This document shows positions 1-8,973 of a DNA stretch of 64,000 nucleotides, piece by piece; within the stretch, counting starts at the first letter, position 1, and each line of letters starts with the position of its first letter. The position numbers and the translations under genes are program-made. The DNA comes from Planctomycetota bacterium. Lineage in GTDB: Bacteria > Planctomycetota > UBA1135 > UBA2386. The DNA lies in assembly GCA_965228735.1 (NCBI GenBank), contig OZ245838.1, positions 3,584,001-3,648,000 of the forward strand, in the 5' to 3' direction. Under the pieces are notes generated by a model. It had not been told where the DNA came from, ran no database searches, and saw only the letters and a program-made list of their open reading frames with translations.

Positions 1-1279
1 CGGCAGCGGCGGCGTCGAGCCGGCAACGCCCGCGACCGGGAGGCCGGAACAGGCCCCGGCCGCCGCGACCGGCAACGCCGGCGAGCCCGCCCAGGGCACG
101 GGCGACACCCAGGCGACCGGCTCCGGCATGGTCGCGCCCAACAACGCGCTGACGGCCCCGGGGGTCCAGGGCGCCTGGGATACGTTCACGGCCGCCTGGA
201 GCCAGGACCCGAACAACAACGAGTGGAACACGGCCCTGGCCGACATCGCCAAGAACGGGCGGTATCGCAAGAGCCCGCGCAGCACGCTGTCGCTGAGCAC
301 GTTCGACAAGAACGGCGAGGCCGGGGTCAACCCGCCGAGCGGCGCCGCCGGCACCGACAAGATCAACGGCGACGGCCTCGAGAAGATGCTCAAGTACGTG
401 ACGGGCGTCGCCTCCAACGTGGGCGATAACCGCGGCCGCAGCTTCTCCTCCAACCCGCTCGACGACGTCTACAACTTCGAAGGCAACGCTTGGGGCTCGC
501 GCGTCCGCGCCTGGATCGGCGACAACATCACGCTGCGCGTCGGTGACGAGTACACCTACGCCGACGTCTCACGTGTCGTCAGCATCGGCACCGGCGGCTA
601 CTCGATCTCCGAGGAGCACGGCGACACCGACGACAAGACCTACCACTTCGGCAACGCGACGACCTACAGCAAGCACACGGGGAACACCGACTCCGAGTCG
701 CACGTCGAGGGGGACTCCGACTCCTACAGCTTCGTGCACGGCCAGGACACCAGCGTCTCGCTGACGTTCGGCGCCGGCGCGACGTTCTCCCTGCACGTCA
801 GCGCCCGCACCGACAACTCGGTCACGCTCGGCGCGTTCAACTCCAACTCGCTCAAGGTCGGCGTCTTCGGCGGCCTCGAGATCTCCGTCGCTCCCAAGAT
901 CGAGATCGAGATCGGCCTGCAGGTCGGCGCGCTCGACCTGACCGCCTGGCAATGGCAGGTCGGACTCAACCAGTCGAGCATGGTCATGAACAAGAGCGAC
1001 GTGAAGCTCGCGCAGCAGGAGGTCGACCTCAACAAGACGATGGCCCGGCTGCTCGGCACGAAGGCCGCGGTCTCGGAGACGGACAACAAGCTGCTCGAGA
1101 TGCAGAACAAGTTGTCGGCGACCGAGAACGCGCTCAACAGCAACAACGCGGTGCTCGCGAAGGCCATGACGCACCTCAACTGCAACATGGCCAACCTGCA
1201 GATGAACGAGACCAACCTGCAGACCTTCGACCTCGGGCTCCTGCGCTCCAACACGGCCGCTCTGCACAGCATCACCTGA
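1..1279 (+). CDS. C-terminal part of a VgrG-like contractile-injection spike protein (5'-truncated by window edge)
   Basis: The frame of ORF 128..1279 is open back to base 2. It has Gly-periodic beta-strand repeats (HGDTDDKTYH/FGNATTYSKH/TGNTDSESHV...) followed by heptad repeats. It lies directly upstream of DUF2169/pentapeptide/DUF4150/DUF3540 genes, the position VgrG occupies in such modules. Confidence 0.6.
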   Translation, partial: GSGGVEPATPATGRPEQAPAAATGNAGEPAQGTGDTQATGSGMVAPNNALTAPGVQGAWDTFTAAWSQDPNNNEWNTALADIAKNGRYRKSPRSTLSLSTFDKNGEAGVNPPSGAAGTDKINGDGLEKMLKYVTGVASNVGDNRGRSFSSNPLDDVYNFEGNAWGSRVRAWIGDNITLRVGDEYTYADVSRVVSIGTGGYSISEEHGDTDDKTYHFGNATTYSKHTGNTDSESHVEGDSDSYSFVHGQDTSVSLTFGAGATFSLHVSARTDNSVTLGAFNSNSLKVGVFGGLEISVAPKIEIEIGLQVGALDLTAWQWQVGLNQSSMVMNKSDVKLAQQEVDLNKTMARLLGTKAAVSETDNKLLEMQNKLSATENALNSNNAVLAKAMTHLNCNMANLQMNETNLQTFDLGLLRSNTAALHSIT

Positions 1280-1297
1280 GCGAAGGCCGCCACCCCC

Positions 1298-4200
1298 ATG
1301 ATCCACAAGAACCTCACGCCCTTCTTCTGGGGCCCGAAGGTGACCTCGCGCAAACCGCCGCAGGTCGAGATGACCGTGTGCGTGCGCGGCGTGTTCCGTC
1401 TGTCGCCGAACGGGCCGCTCGAGGCGATCGAGGACCCGATGGAGCAGGGGTTCATGACCGGCGACACGTTCGCCGAGGCCGACCTCGATCAGACCGGCCC
1501 GCTGCACTACGCGAGCGACTTCGCGGACTGGAAGCTCAACGCCGAAGCGCTGCTCAAGGGCGCCGCCTGCCCGCCGGGCGGTCCGGGGCGCGAGTGCACC
1601 GTGCGGTTCGCGGTCGGCGACTGGCACAAGAGCCTGCGCGTCGTCGGCCCGCGCGCCTACAAGCCGGGTCTGCTGCTCGGCGGCAAGGCGAGCGAACCGC
1701 AGCTGTTCGACCGGATGCCCCTGACCTGGGAGAACGCGTACGGCGGCCCGGGCTACGCCGACAACCCGGCCGGCCGCGGGTTCGAGGGCGAGGAGCTGCC
1801 CACGGTCGAGTACGCCGATCAGCCGGTGAAGAAGGTCGGCCAGAAGAACGTCGCGCCCGCGACGTTCCTGCCCGTCAGCCCGCGCTGGCCGTCGCGCGCC
1901 GGCAAGCGCGGCAAGAACTACGGCGCCGCCTGGCGCAAGCAACGCGCGCCGTTCTTCGCCGACGACTTCGACTGGACGCACTTCCACTCGGCCGCGCCCG
2001 ACCAGCAGCTCGACGGCTACCTGCGCGGCGACGAAGAGATGACGTTCGAGAACCTGCACCCGCAGGCCGAGCGTTGGAGCCAACGACTCCCGGGGCTGCG
2101 CATCCGGGCGTTCGTCAAGACGCTCGACGGTCAGATCGTCGAGCCCGAGATGAACCTCGACACGCTGTTCGCCGACCTCGACGACGGCAAGCTCTACCTC
2201 ACGTGGCGCGGCCTCAGTCCGATCCGGGAGATCGACATGACGGACGTCGGCGCCGTCCTCATCGCGTCCGAGCCACTGACCGAGCCGCCCCGGCCCGAGC
2301 AGGTCTACCTCGACCAGCTGCAGGAGTTCGAGGCCGACCCGGTCGGGATCAACGCCGCGCTGCCGCCGGGCTTCATGATGGTCGCCGACGCCGTCGAGGC
2401 CGCGGAGCAGGCGGAGCTCAACGAGACGCCGATGCCGGACCTGCAGGCCGTCGCCGACAACCTGCCGGAGGACTGCCCGTTCCCGCCGTGGTTCCTCGCG
2501 GCCGTCGGCGGCAACGACGACCCGCTCGGCGTGATGGACGCGATCCCCGAGGAGCTGCGCTCGGCCAACCCGCTCGCGGGCGTGGCCGGCGAAGCCGGTC
2601 AGGTCGCCGACCCGAAGAAGATCAAGGAGCTGCAGGACGCGGCCGGCGAGGTCGCGACCGACCCGGCCGCGGCCGTCAAGGTGCTCGGCGCGCTCGCCGG
2701 CATGCTGCCGCCGGAGAAGCAGGCCCCGTTCAAGGCCGGGCTCGAACAGATGCAGAGCGCGTTCGAGACGATCGAGTCGAGCCAGGGCCCCGACTTCCTG
2801 AAGAAGGCGGTGAAGGAGGCCCCGAGCGGCGAGGCCAAGAACGCGGCCGAAAGCTACGCGGAGCTCACGGACCAGGCGGGGCAGGGCCTCGACCAGGCCG
2901 GCGACGGCGGCGCGGCGGCCAAGGCCCAGCTGGAACAGGTGCCGACGGACCTCGACGCCGCGGCCAAGGAACCGCTCGCGACGCTCGACGACATCGAGCT
3001 GCCCGAGGTTCCGGAACTTCCGGACACGGACGCCGAGCTCGCCGCACATGCGGAGAAGCTCGCGACGGACGAGGCGAGGCTGCGCAAGAAGTTCGGCGAC
3101 CACCCGATGCTCGGCATGTTCGACCTCGGCCGCAACATGATCGAGACGGCGCCGCGCGCCGGCGACCTCGTGCCCGACTTCAGCCCGCTGCTGTCGGAGC
3201 TCTCGCGCGTCGAGGACGTGCTCGCGGCGCAGGGCCTGTCCGCGGCGGCGCTCGCGCCGCTCAAGCGGCTGACGGGCAAGGTCAACGCGCTCGTCGACGA
3301 GCTCCCGCAGCCGACCCCGCTGCCGGATGGCGAGTTCGTGCGGCAGGATCTGCGCGGCCGCGACTTCAGCGGCCAGGAGCTCGAGGGCGCCGTGTTCTGC
3401 AAGTCGGACCTGACGGGCAGCAAGTTCGTCAACGCGAAGCTCACGGGCGCCGACTTCCGCAAGGCCGACCTGACGGGCGCGGACCTGACCGGCGCCGTCC
3501 TGACCGACGCCGACTTCAGCGGCGCGCGGCTGCCCAAGGCAACGCTGCGGGACGTCCACGCCACGGGCGCCAACTTCGGCAACACGGAGCTCGGCCAGGC
3601 CGACGCGAGCGGCGGCGACTTCGGATCCGCGAAGTTCACCAAGGCGATGGGCGTGAAGCTCGTCCTCGCGGGCGCGAAGCTCGAGAACGCCGACCTGCGC
3701 TTCGTCGACTTCTCCAAGGCGGACCTGCGCGGCGCGACCATGACCGGCGCCGACCTGTCGTTCTGCACCTGCGCCGGGGTGAAGGCCGACGGCGCGGACC
3801 TCAGCGACGTCGTGTTCGACATGGGCAAGCTGACCAAGTCGCGGCTCGCGGGCGCGAAGCTCACGGGCGTCCGGAGCAACATGGGGTCGTTCGTCGGCTC
3901 GGACCTCTCCGACGCGGACCTCAGCGGCTGCGCGTTCGAGAAGGTCGACCTGATGAAGGCGAAGCTCGACCGCGCCGACCTGCGGAACGCCAGGCTCGTG
4001 CAGCTCACGCTGCGCGACACCCAGGCGACCGGCGCCGATTTCCGCGGCAGCGACATGTCACGCTGCTCGGCGACGGGCGCCGCCAGGTTCGTCGAGTGCG
4101 ACTTTCGCGACGTGACCGGCAATCGCTCGGTGTGGATGGACGCCGATCTGTCGCGCTCCAATTTCCGCCACAGCACGTTCCTGCACGCGTTCTTCCAATC

Positions 4201-4477
4201 CTCGCACGGTGAGGACGTGGACTTCACGGCCGCGGTGCTCGCCCAGGCGAGCTTCCGCAAGGTGAAGTTCGAACGCGCCTCGTTCGCCTACGCGGACCTC
4301 GCCGGCGTGATCTTCCAGGACGCGATTCTCGATGACGGCGACTTCCGATCGGCCAACTGCTACGACGCCAAGTTCCTCGGCGCGAAGGCCGTGCGCTGCA
4401 GCTTCGAGGACGCGTTCCTCGTCGCCGTGCAACTCGACGATCCCGATCAACAGCAGCCCGGAGGGGCGACGGCATGA
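1298..4477 (+). CDS. DUF2169 T6SS adaptor domain + helical linker + pentapeptide repeats (TagAB-like)
   Basis: DUF2169 motifs (SDFADWKLNAE, MPLTWENAYGG, NPAGRG, FDWTHFHSAAPDQQL, LDTLFADLD) in the N-terminal ~315 aa; A(D/N)LxG-type pentapeptide repeats from ~3330 to the end. Confidence 0.9.
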   Translation: MIHKNLTPFFWGPKVTSRKPPQVEMTVCVRGVFRLSPNGPLEAIEDPMEQGFMTGDTFAEADLDQTGPLHYASDFADWKLNAEALLKGAACPPGGPGRECTVRFAVGDWHKSLRVVGPRAYKPGLLLGGKASEPQLFDRMPLTWENAYGGPGYADNPAGRGFEGEELPTVEYADQPVKKVGQKNVAPATFLPVSPRWPSRAGKRGKNYGAAWRKQRAPFFADDFDWTHFHSAAPDQQLDGYLRGDEEMTFENLHPQAERWSQRLPGLRIRAFVKTLDGQIVEPEMNLDTLFADLDDGKLYLTWRGLSPIREIDMTDVGAVLIASEPLTEPPRPEQVYLDQLQEFEADPVGINAALPPGFMMVADAVEAAEQAELNETPMPDLQAVADNLPEDCPFPPWFLAAVGGNDDPLGVMDAIPEELRSANPLAGVAGEAGQVADPKKIKELQDAAGEVATDPAAAVKVLGALAGMLPPEKQAPFKAGLEQMQSAFETIESSQGPDFLKKAVKEAPSGEAKNAAESYAELTDQAGQGLDQAGDGGAAAKAQLEQVPTDLDAAAKEPLATLDDIELPEVPELPDTDAELAAHAEKLATDEARLRKKFGDHPMLGMFDLGRNMIETAPRAGDLVPDFSPLLSELSRVEDVLAAQGLSAAALAPLKRLTGKVNALVDELPQPTPLPDGEFVRQDLRGRDFSGQELEGAVFCKSDLTGSKFVNAKLTGADFRKADLTGADLTGAVLTDADFSGARLPKATLRDVHATGANFGNTELGQADASGGDFGSAKFTKAMGVKLVLAGAKLENADLRFVDFSKADLRGATMTGADLSFCTCAGVKADGADLSDVVFDMGKLTKSRLAGAKLTGVRSNMGSFVGSDLSDADLSGCAFEKVDLMKAKLDRADLRNARLVQLTLRDTQATGADFRGSDMSRCSATGAARFVECDFRDVTGNRSVWMDADLSRSNFRHSTFLHAFFQSSHGEDVDFTAAVLAQASFRKVKFERASFAYADLAGVIFQDAILDDGDFRSANCYDAKFLGAKAVRCSFEDAFLVAVQLDDPDQQQPGGATA

Positions 4478-6609
4478 GCTGGCAAACGCTCGATCGTGAC
4501 GCGGTCCTGCTGCGGAAGCAGAACGGGGAACCGCTCGCGCACTGCACGCTGTCCGACCTCGACCTCGCCGGCGCCGACCTGTCCGGCATGGACCTCTCGG
4601 GCGCCGTCCTGGAGCGCGTCGACCTGCACGGCGCCGATCTGTCCGGCTGCAAGATGGCGGGCGCGACCGTGTATCAGTGCAACCTGGAGGGGTGCAAACT
4701 CGACGGCGCGGACCTCGCTCAGATGCACTGGCTCGAGGACAACCTCGTCGGCGCGACGTTCGCCGGCGCGCGGATGCCCGAGAGCCAGCTCGTCGACTGC
4801 AAGCTCGCGGACGTGAGCCTCGCCGGCCTCGACCTGACGAAGACGGTCATCGCCAAGAGCGATGCGCCGGGACTCGACCTCCAGGGCGCGAAGCTCCGTG
4901 AAGGCTCGATCGTCGGGACCGAGCTGCCGCGCGCCAACCTCGAGGGCGCTGACCTGTCGGGCACGATGGTGCCGATGTGCAACCTCGAGGGCAGCAACCT
5001 CGATCGGATCGAGCTGCAGGGCGGCGGCTTCCCGCGGTCCAGGCTCGCCGGCGCGACCCTGCGCTCGGCCAGGCTGACCGACGCAGCGTTCGCCGATGCG
5101 GACCTGCAGAACGTCGACTTCAGCGGCGCAACGATCGTCCAGACGATGTTCATCAACGCCGACATGCGCGGCGTGACGCTGCCGGCAACCGAGCTGCAGA
5201 GCCTGATGTTCAACGGCTCGAACCTCACCGGCTGCGACCTCTCGCGGACGAGGTTCAGGAAGTGCATGTTCGACGATGCGACGCTCGATGGCGCGACGTT
5301 CGGCGCGACGACGATCCAGGAGTGCATGGCCAACGGCGCGAGCTTCGAGAACGCCGACTTCGGCACGATGCGGCTCGAGAAGATCATCATGGAGCGCGCG
5401 GTCCTGCGCGCCGCCGACCTGTCGCGCGTCACCGTCGATGTGGTCAAGATGCCGAAAGCGGATCTGCGTGCGGCCAAGCTGCCTCAGGACCTCGTGAACT
5501 GTTCGATCGCGAACGGGCAGGTCGATGCCGACGCCCTGCGCGGCAAGAACCTCGAGGGCTGCGACCTGGAGGGCATCGACTTCCGCGGCTACTGCTTCGA
5601 CGACTGCAACCTGCACCGCGCCTCGTTCCGCAACTGCCAGGTCGAGGGCGCGAGCTTCGAGAACGCCAACCTCGAGTGGGCGATCTTCGACGGCTGTGAC
5701 CTGACCGGGGTCAACCTGCGGGGCGCGAAGCTCGGCAGCGCGAGCCTCGGCAAGGCGAAGCTGCCGAACGCCGACCTCGCGGGCTTCGACCTCACGATGA
5801 CGCGCTTTCCTGGCGCGGACCTGTCCGGCACCGATTTCACCGGCGCCAAGCTCTGGATGACGGACCTGTCGGAGTCGGTCCTGCGGCAGGCGAACTTCAC
5901 GAAGGTGAAGTGCAAGAGCACCAACATGGCCTACGCGGACATCGCGGGGCTGATCCTGCAGGACGCGGAGCTGCACTGCGACCTCAGCGATCTCGACTAC
6001 GACCATCTCCCGTTCCAGGGCCAGGTGATGTCACGCTGCTCGTTCCGCGGCGCGGACCTCGACGGCCGCGACCTCAGCGACTGCGATCTCACCGGCAGTC
6101 TGTTCCACATGGCGAGCCTGAAGGGCGCCAACTTCAAGGGCTCCAAGCTGACGATGGCCAACTTCGCCGAGGCCGAGCTCGACGGCGCCAGGTTCGAACG
6201 CGTCGACGGCAAGCTCGCCAACTTCGCGAACGCGCGCCTGCACGAGGCCGACTTCACGGGCAGCAACCTGCGCAACGCGATCCTGCCCGACGCCGACGCC
6301 ACGGGCGCCAACTTCAGCGACTGCGATCTGCGCGAGTCGGTCTGGACGACCGCGAACGCGACGGGCGTGCTCTTCGTCGGCGCCAACCTCAAGCACGCCG
6401 ACATGAGCTATGCCACGCTCGATTCGGCCGTGCTCGAGGGCGCCGATCTCACGTGGGCCAACCTGCACGGCGTGCTGCAGAAAGACACGCAGTGGTCCGG
6501 CGCGCTCCGCATCAAGATGAAGGACACCGACGACGACCGCCTGCACGGCGAGCGCACCTACAAGCCGCCGACCGCGGCCGAGCTCGAGCAGCTCGGAGGC
6601 CACTCATGA
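4474..6609 (+). CDS. Pentapeptide repeat protein (TagB-like)
   Basis: Almost entirely A(D/N)(L/F)xx repeats (ADLSG, ANLEG, ANFKG); ATGA overlap with the upstream gene. Confidence 0.92.
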   Translation: MSWQTLDRDAVLLRKQNGEPLAHCTLSDLDLAGADLSGMDLSGAVLERVDLHGADLSGCKMAGATVYQCNLEGCKLDGADLAQMHWLEDNLVGATFAGARMPESQLVDCKLADVSLAGLDLTKTVIAKSDAPGLDLQGAKLREGSIVGTELPRANLEGADLSGTMVPMCNLEGSNLDRIELQGGGFPRSRLAGATLRSARLTDAAFADADLQNVDFSGATIVQTMFINADMRGVTLPATELQSLMFNGSNLTGCDLSRTRFRKCMFDDATLDGATFGATTIQECMANGASFENADFGTMRLEKIIMERAVLRAADLSRVTVDVVKMPKADLRAAKLPQDLVNCSIANGQVDADALRGKNLEGCDLEGIDFRGYCFDDCNLHRASFRNCQVEGASFENANLEWAIFDGCDLTGVNLRGAKLGSASLGKAKLPNADLAGFDLTMTRFPGADLSGTDFTGAKLWMTDLSESVLRQANFTKVKCKSTNMAYADIAGLILQDAELHCDLSDLDYDHLPFQGQVMSRCSFRGADLDGRDLSDCDLTGSLFHMASLKGANFKGSKLTMANFAEAELDGARFERVDGKLANFANARLHEADFTGSNLRNAILPDADATGANFSDCDLRESVWTTANATGVLFVGANLKHADMSYATLDSAVLEGADLTWANLHGVLQKDTQWSGALRIKMKDTDDDRLHGERTYKPPTAAELEQLGGHS

Positions 6610-7538
6610 TGCCGGCCGCGAACCAGGGGGTCGGCATGAACACCGGCTTCCCCGACGTCTGCGCGACGCCGACGCCCGCCGGGCCGGTGCCGATCCCGTA
6701 TCCCAACATCGGAATGAACGCGATGGCGATGCCGTTCATTCCCAACGTGCTCGTGTCGATGGCGCCGGCGCAGAACATGGGCAGCAAGCCGCTCATGACC
6801 AACGGCGACAACGCGGGCGTCGCCCACCCGATGGTCATGATGCCGGGCGGCACGATGATGGGGAATCCGAAGATCCTCATGGGCGGCATGCCCGCGGGCC
6901 ATCTGCTCAACCCGACCTACGGGAACAACATGAACGACGCGCTCGGCGCGAAGACCGTGCCGAGCGTGACGAACGTCCTGCTCGGCGCGCTCCCGGCCGT
7001 CAGCGCCGACCCCGACGCGGCCGCCCGCCTGCACGGGCGACCCGGCACGATCACGATCGGCGCGGGTGACGTTGCCGTTCTGCGGCTCGACTGCATCACG
7101 TTGACGGGCGATCGGTGGCTCGCCGAACGACTTCAAGGGCTCGCCGTGAGCTCCGCGCGCGGCATCGTCGTCGACCTGCGCGGCAACCCGGGCGGCGCGG
7201 TCGCGACGGCGCAGCGGCTCGCGGCGATCCTCACCGCGATCGGTCAGCCGCTCGCCATCGCGATCGATCTTCGAACGGCGTCGGCCGCCGAGCTGCTCGC
7301 GGCGACGCTGCGCGAGCGCGCGGGCGCCCGCGTGTTCGGCGAGACGACCGTCGGCAAGGGCGTCGCCCGCCTGCATCTGGTGACTGCCGCCGGCGTACGA
7401 CCGACCGGCCCGTTCGTGGCGATGCCCATCGGCGAGCCCGCGGCGTTCCACCTACGCGGCATCGCACCGGACCGCGTGTGCCCGGCCGACGAGGCTGTCG
7501 ACGAAGCGATCCGCTGGCTGCGAGGAACGGCGCGATGA
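6606..7538 (+). CDS. PAAR-like DUF4150 tip protein fused to a C-terminal S41 (Tsp/CtpA-like) peptidase domain
   Basis: N-terminal FPDVCATPTPAGPVPIPYPNIG is the DUF4150 signature. The C-terminal domain has VVDLRGNPGG, TASAAELLA and GETTVGKG. Start ATG 6606 overlaps the upstream stop (ATGA); it lies inside track ORF 5910..7538. Confidence 0.85.
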   Translation: MMPAANQGVGMNTGFPDVCATPTPAGPVPIPYPNIGMNAMAMPFIPNVLVSMAPAQNMGSKPLMTNGDNAGVAHPMVMMPGGTMMGNPKILMGGMPAGHLLNPTYGNNMNDALGAKTVPSVTNVLLGALPAVSADPDAAARLHGRPGTITIGAGDVAVLRLDCITLTGDRWLAERLQGLAVSSARGIVVDLRGNPGGAVATAQRLAAILTAIGQPLAIAIDLRTASAAELLAATLRERAGARVFGETTVGKGVARLHLVTAAGVRPTGPFVAMPIGEPAAFHLRGIAPDRVCPADEAVDEAIRWLRGTAR

Positions 7539-8299
7539 GTGTGCCGCAGAAACCCGGCGCCACCGACTGGCTGCACGTCTACCTGCCGCTCGGCTGCAAG
7601 AACGGCGACAACTGGACGCCCGTCGGCGGCGCGTTCCTGCTGCTCGATCAGCCGATGCTCTGGCTCGTGACCGCGACCTCGGCGATCACGGCGGCAGGCG
7701 GCGCACCGGTGTCCACCTGGGTGCGGACCGCGGACGGCGTCGTGTTGCTCGACGTCACGGACAGTCAGCGGCGTTCGGGGCTCGACTGGATCCACCACCC
7801 CGCGGGCCTCAGCGCGTCGCTGTTCCCCGCCGACCCCAAGTTCAAGCTCAAGGCATTCACCGAAACGCAGTGCACCCGCGTGCGCAACCTGCGACCGCTG
7901 CAACCCGCAGCCGCGATCGGGCAGCTCTATGGTGCCGACTTCGACCCGTCTCCCGCCCGCTCCCCGGCGGTGCTCGACGGCATCGTCTCGGCGGTCGATG
8001 AACGCAGCGGCGCGGTCCTCGCGACGGCGCCGCTGCTGCCGCGCAACGCCGGCGCGCCGTTGCTGCTGGCCTCGCCCTACGGCGGCGACGTGACGCTCGC
8101 GGGCGTGTTGCTCGACAACTCGATCGTCCACGAGGCGGACCCGCGCACGCTGCCCGTCCGACTCAGCCGTTCGATCTGCGTCGACGCCGCGCTCGAGTTG
8201 ATTCGCGGCGACGATGCGAAGACGCAGCGGGCGCGAGTCACGGCGTCCACCGAGTCGGCGAACACGCCGAACGCAGACTCGACCGGAGGCGACTCGTGA
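7535..8299 (+). CDS. Trypsin-fold-like protein lacking the catalytic triad (putative pseudo-protease)
   Basis: GGAFLL..WLVTATSA, WIHHPAGLSASL and PRNAGAPLL..LAGVL mirror the trypsin-like motifs GTGFL..LVTAxH, HP..DxA and PGNSGGP..LxG, with the catalytic residues replaced. ATGA overlap at 7535. Confidence 0.55.
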   Translation: MSVPQKPGATDWLHVYLPLGCKNGDNWTPVGGAFLLLDQPMLWLVTATSAITAAGGAPVSTWVRTADGVVLLDVTDSQRRSGLDWIHHPAGLSASLFPADPKFKLKAFTETQCTRVRNLRPLQPAAAIGQLYGADFDPSPARSPAVLDGIVSAVDERSGAVLATAPLLPRNAGAPLLLASPYGGDVTLAGVLLDNSIVHEADPRTLPVRLSRSICVDAALELIRGDDAKTQRARVTASTESANTPNADSTGGDS

Positions 8300-8811
8300 G
8301 CACGATCCGCGTCGGACCCGCGCGCGTGCTCGAGATCCTTCCCGACGGGCGCCCGCGCGTGCAGCTGCTGACCGGCGACTGCCGGCGGCTCGTCGCGGAC
8401 TGGGCGCTGCCGTTCCGCTACGAGCCAGCCACCGCCGATCTCCTGCTGACGATCCACCGGGGTGATCGGGCGTGGGTCACGGGCGTCGTCACGGGTCGGG
8501 GCCACAGCCGCCTCGCGTTCGCGGGCGATGTCGAACTCGCGGCCACGGGCGAACTCGCGGTCGGCGGCGCCGGTGGCGTCCGCATCGCCGCTCCCGAGGT
8601 CGCGATCCACGCACCGCTCCAGGAATGCGAATCCGAAGAAACCGTTCAACGGATCGGTGATCTGGACACCACGGCTACGCTCGCGCTCGACGAACGCGCC
8701 GGGGAGTGCGAGCGCACGATCGACGGCGACGACGACCAGCTTGCCGCCCGCCACAGCACGGTGGCACGGCATCGGGTGAAGATCGACGGCGAGTTGCTGC
8801 GCCTGAGCTAG
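8296..8811 (+). CDS. DUF3540 family T6SS accessory protein (TagC-like)
   Basis: N-terminal OB-like segment (ALPFRYEPATADLLL...WVTGVV), beta-repeat C-terminus ending VKIDGELLRLS; GTGA overlap; typical context. Confidence 0.7.
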   Translation: MSTIRVGPARVLEILPDGRPRVQLLTGDCRRLVADWALPFRYEPATADLLLTIHRGDRAWVTGVVTGRGHSRLAFAGDVELAATGELAVGGAGGVRIAAPEVAIHAPLQECESEETVQRIGDLDTTATLALDERAGECERTIDGDDDQLAARHSTVARHRVKIDGELLRLS

Positions 8812-8973
8812 CGAGCGAAGGCTGCGGCAACCGGCCTTTCTGCCCGCAAGCTTGCGACACTCACCCGGCATCGGTCTGATCGGCGGTCCCCCCGGACGCG
8901 CCACCCGTCCGGCCTCTCTCATGCCTCGACGTCCGCGCTCGGTCCGCCACGGTGGCCCGGCGCCGAAGCTCCT

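Noticed and set aside
569..3559. 996-aa minus-strand ORF (and similar long ORFs 952..4212, 2854..4260, 4447..6006)
   Set aside because: Antisense or alternate-frame shadows of high-GC genes with clear family motifs; no recognisable domains of their own.
3330..6500. Recurrent gccgacct/gcggacct DNA motifs as a nucleotide repeat array, or a Qnr/MfpA-type resistance gene
   Set aside because: Explained by pentapeptide protein repeats; length and DUF2169/DUF4150 context indicate secretion-system accessory proteins.
5910..6605. N-terminal 232 aa of track ORF 5910..7538
   Set aside because: Overlaps the pentapeptide gene out of frame; the real DUF4150 gene starts at the ATGA overlap (6606).
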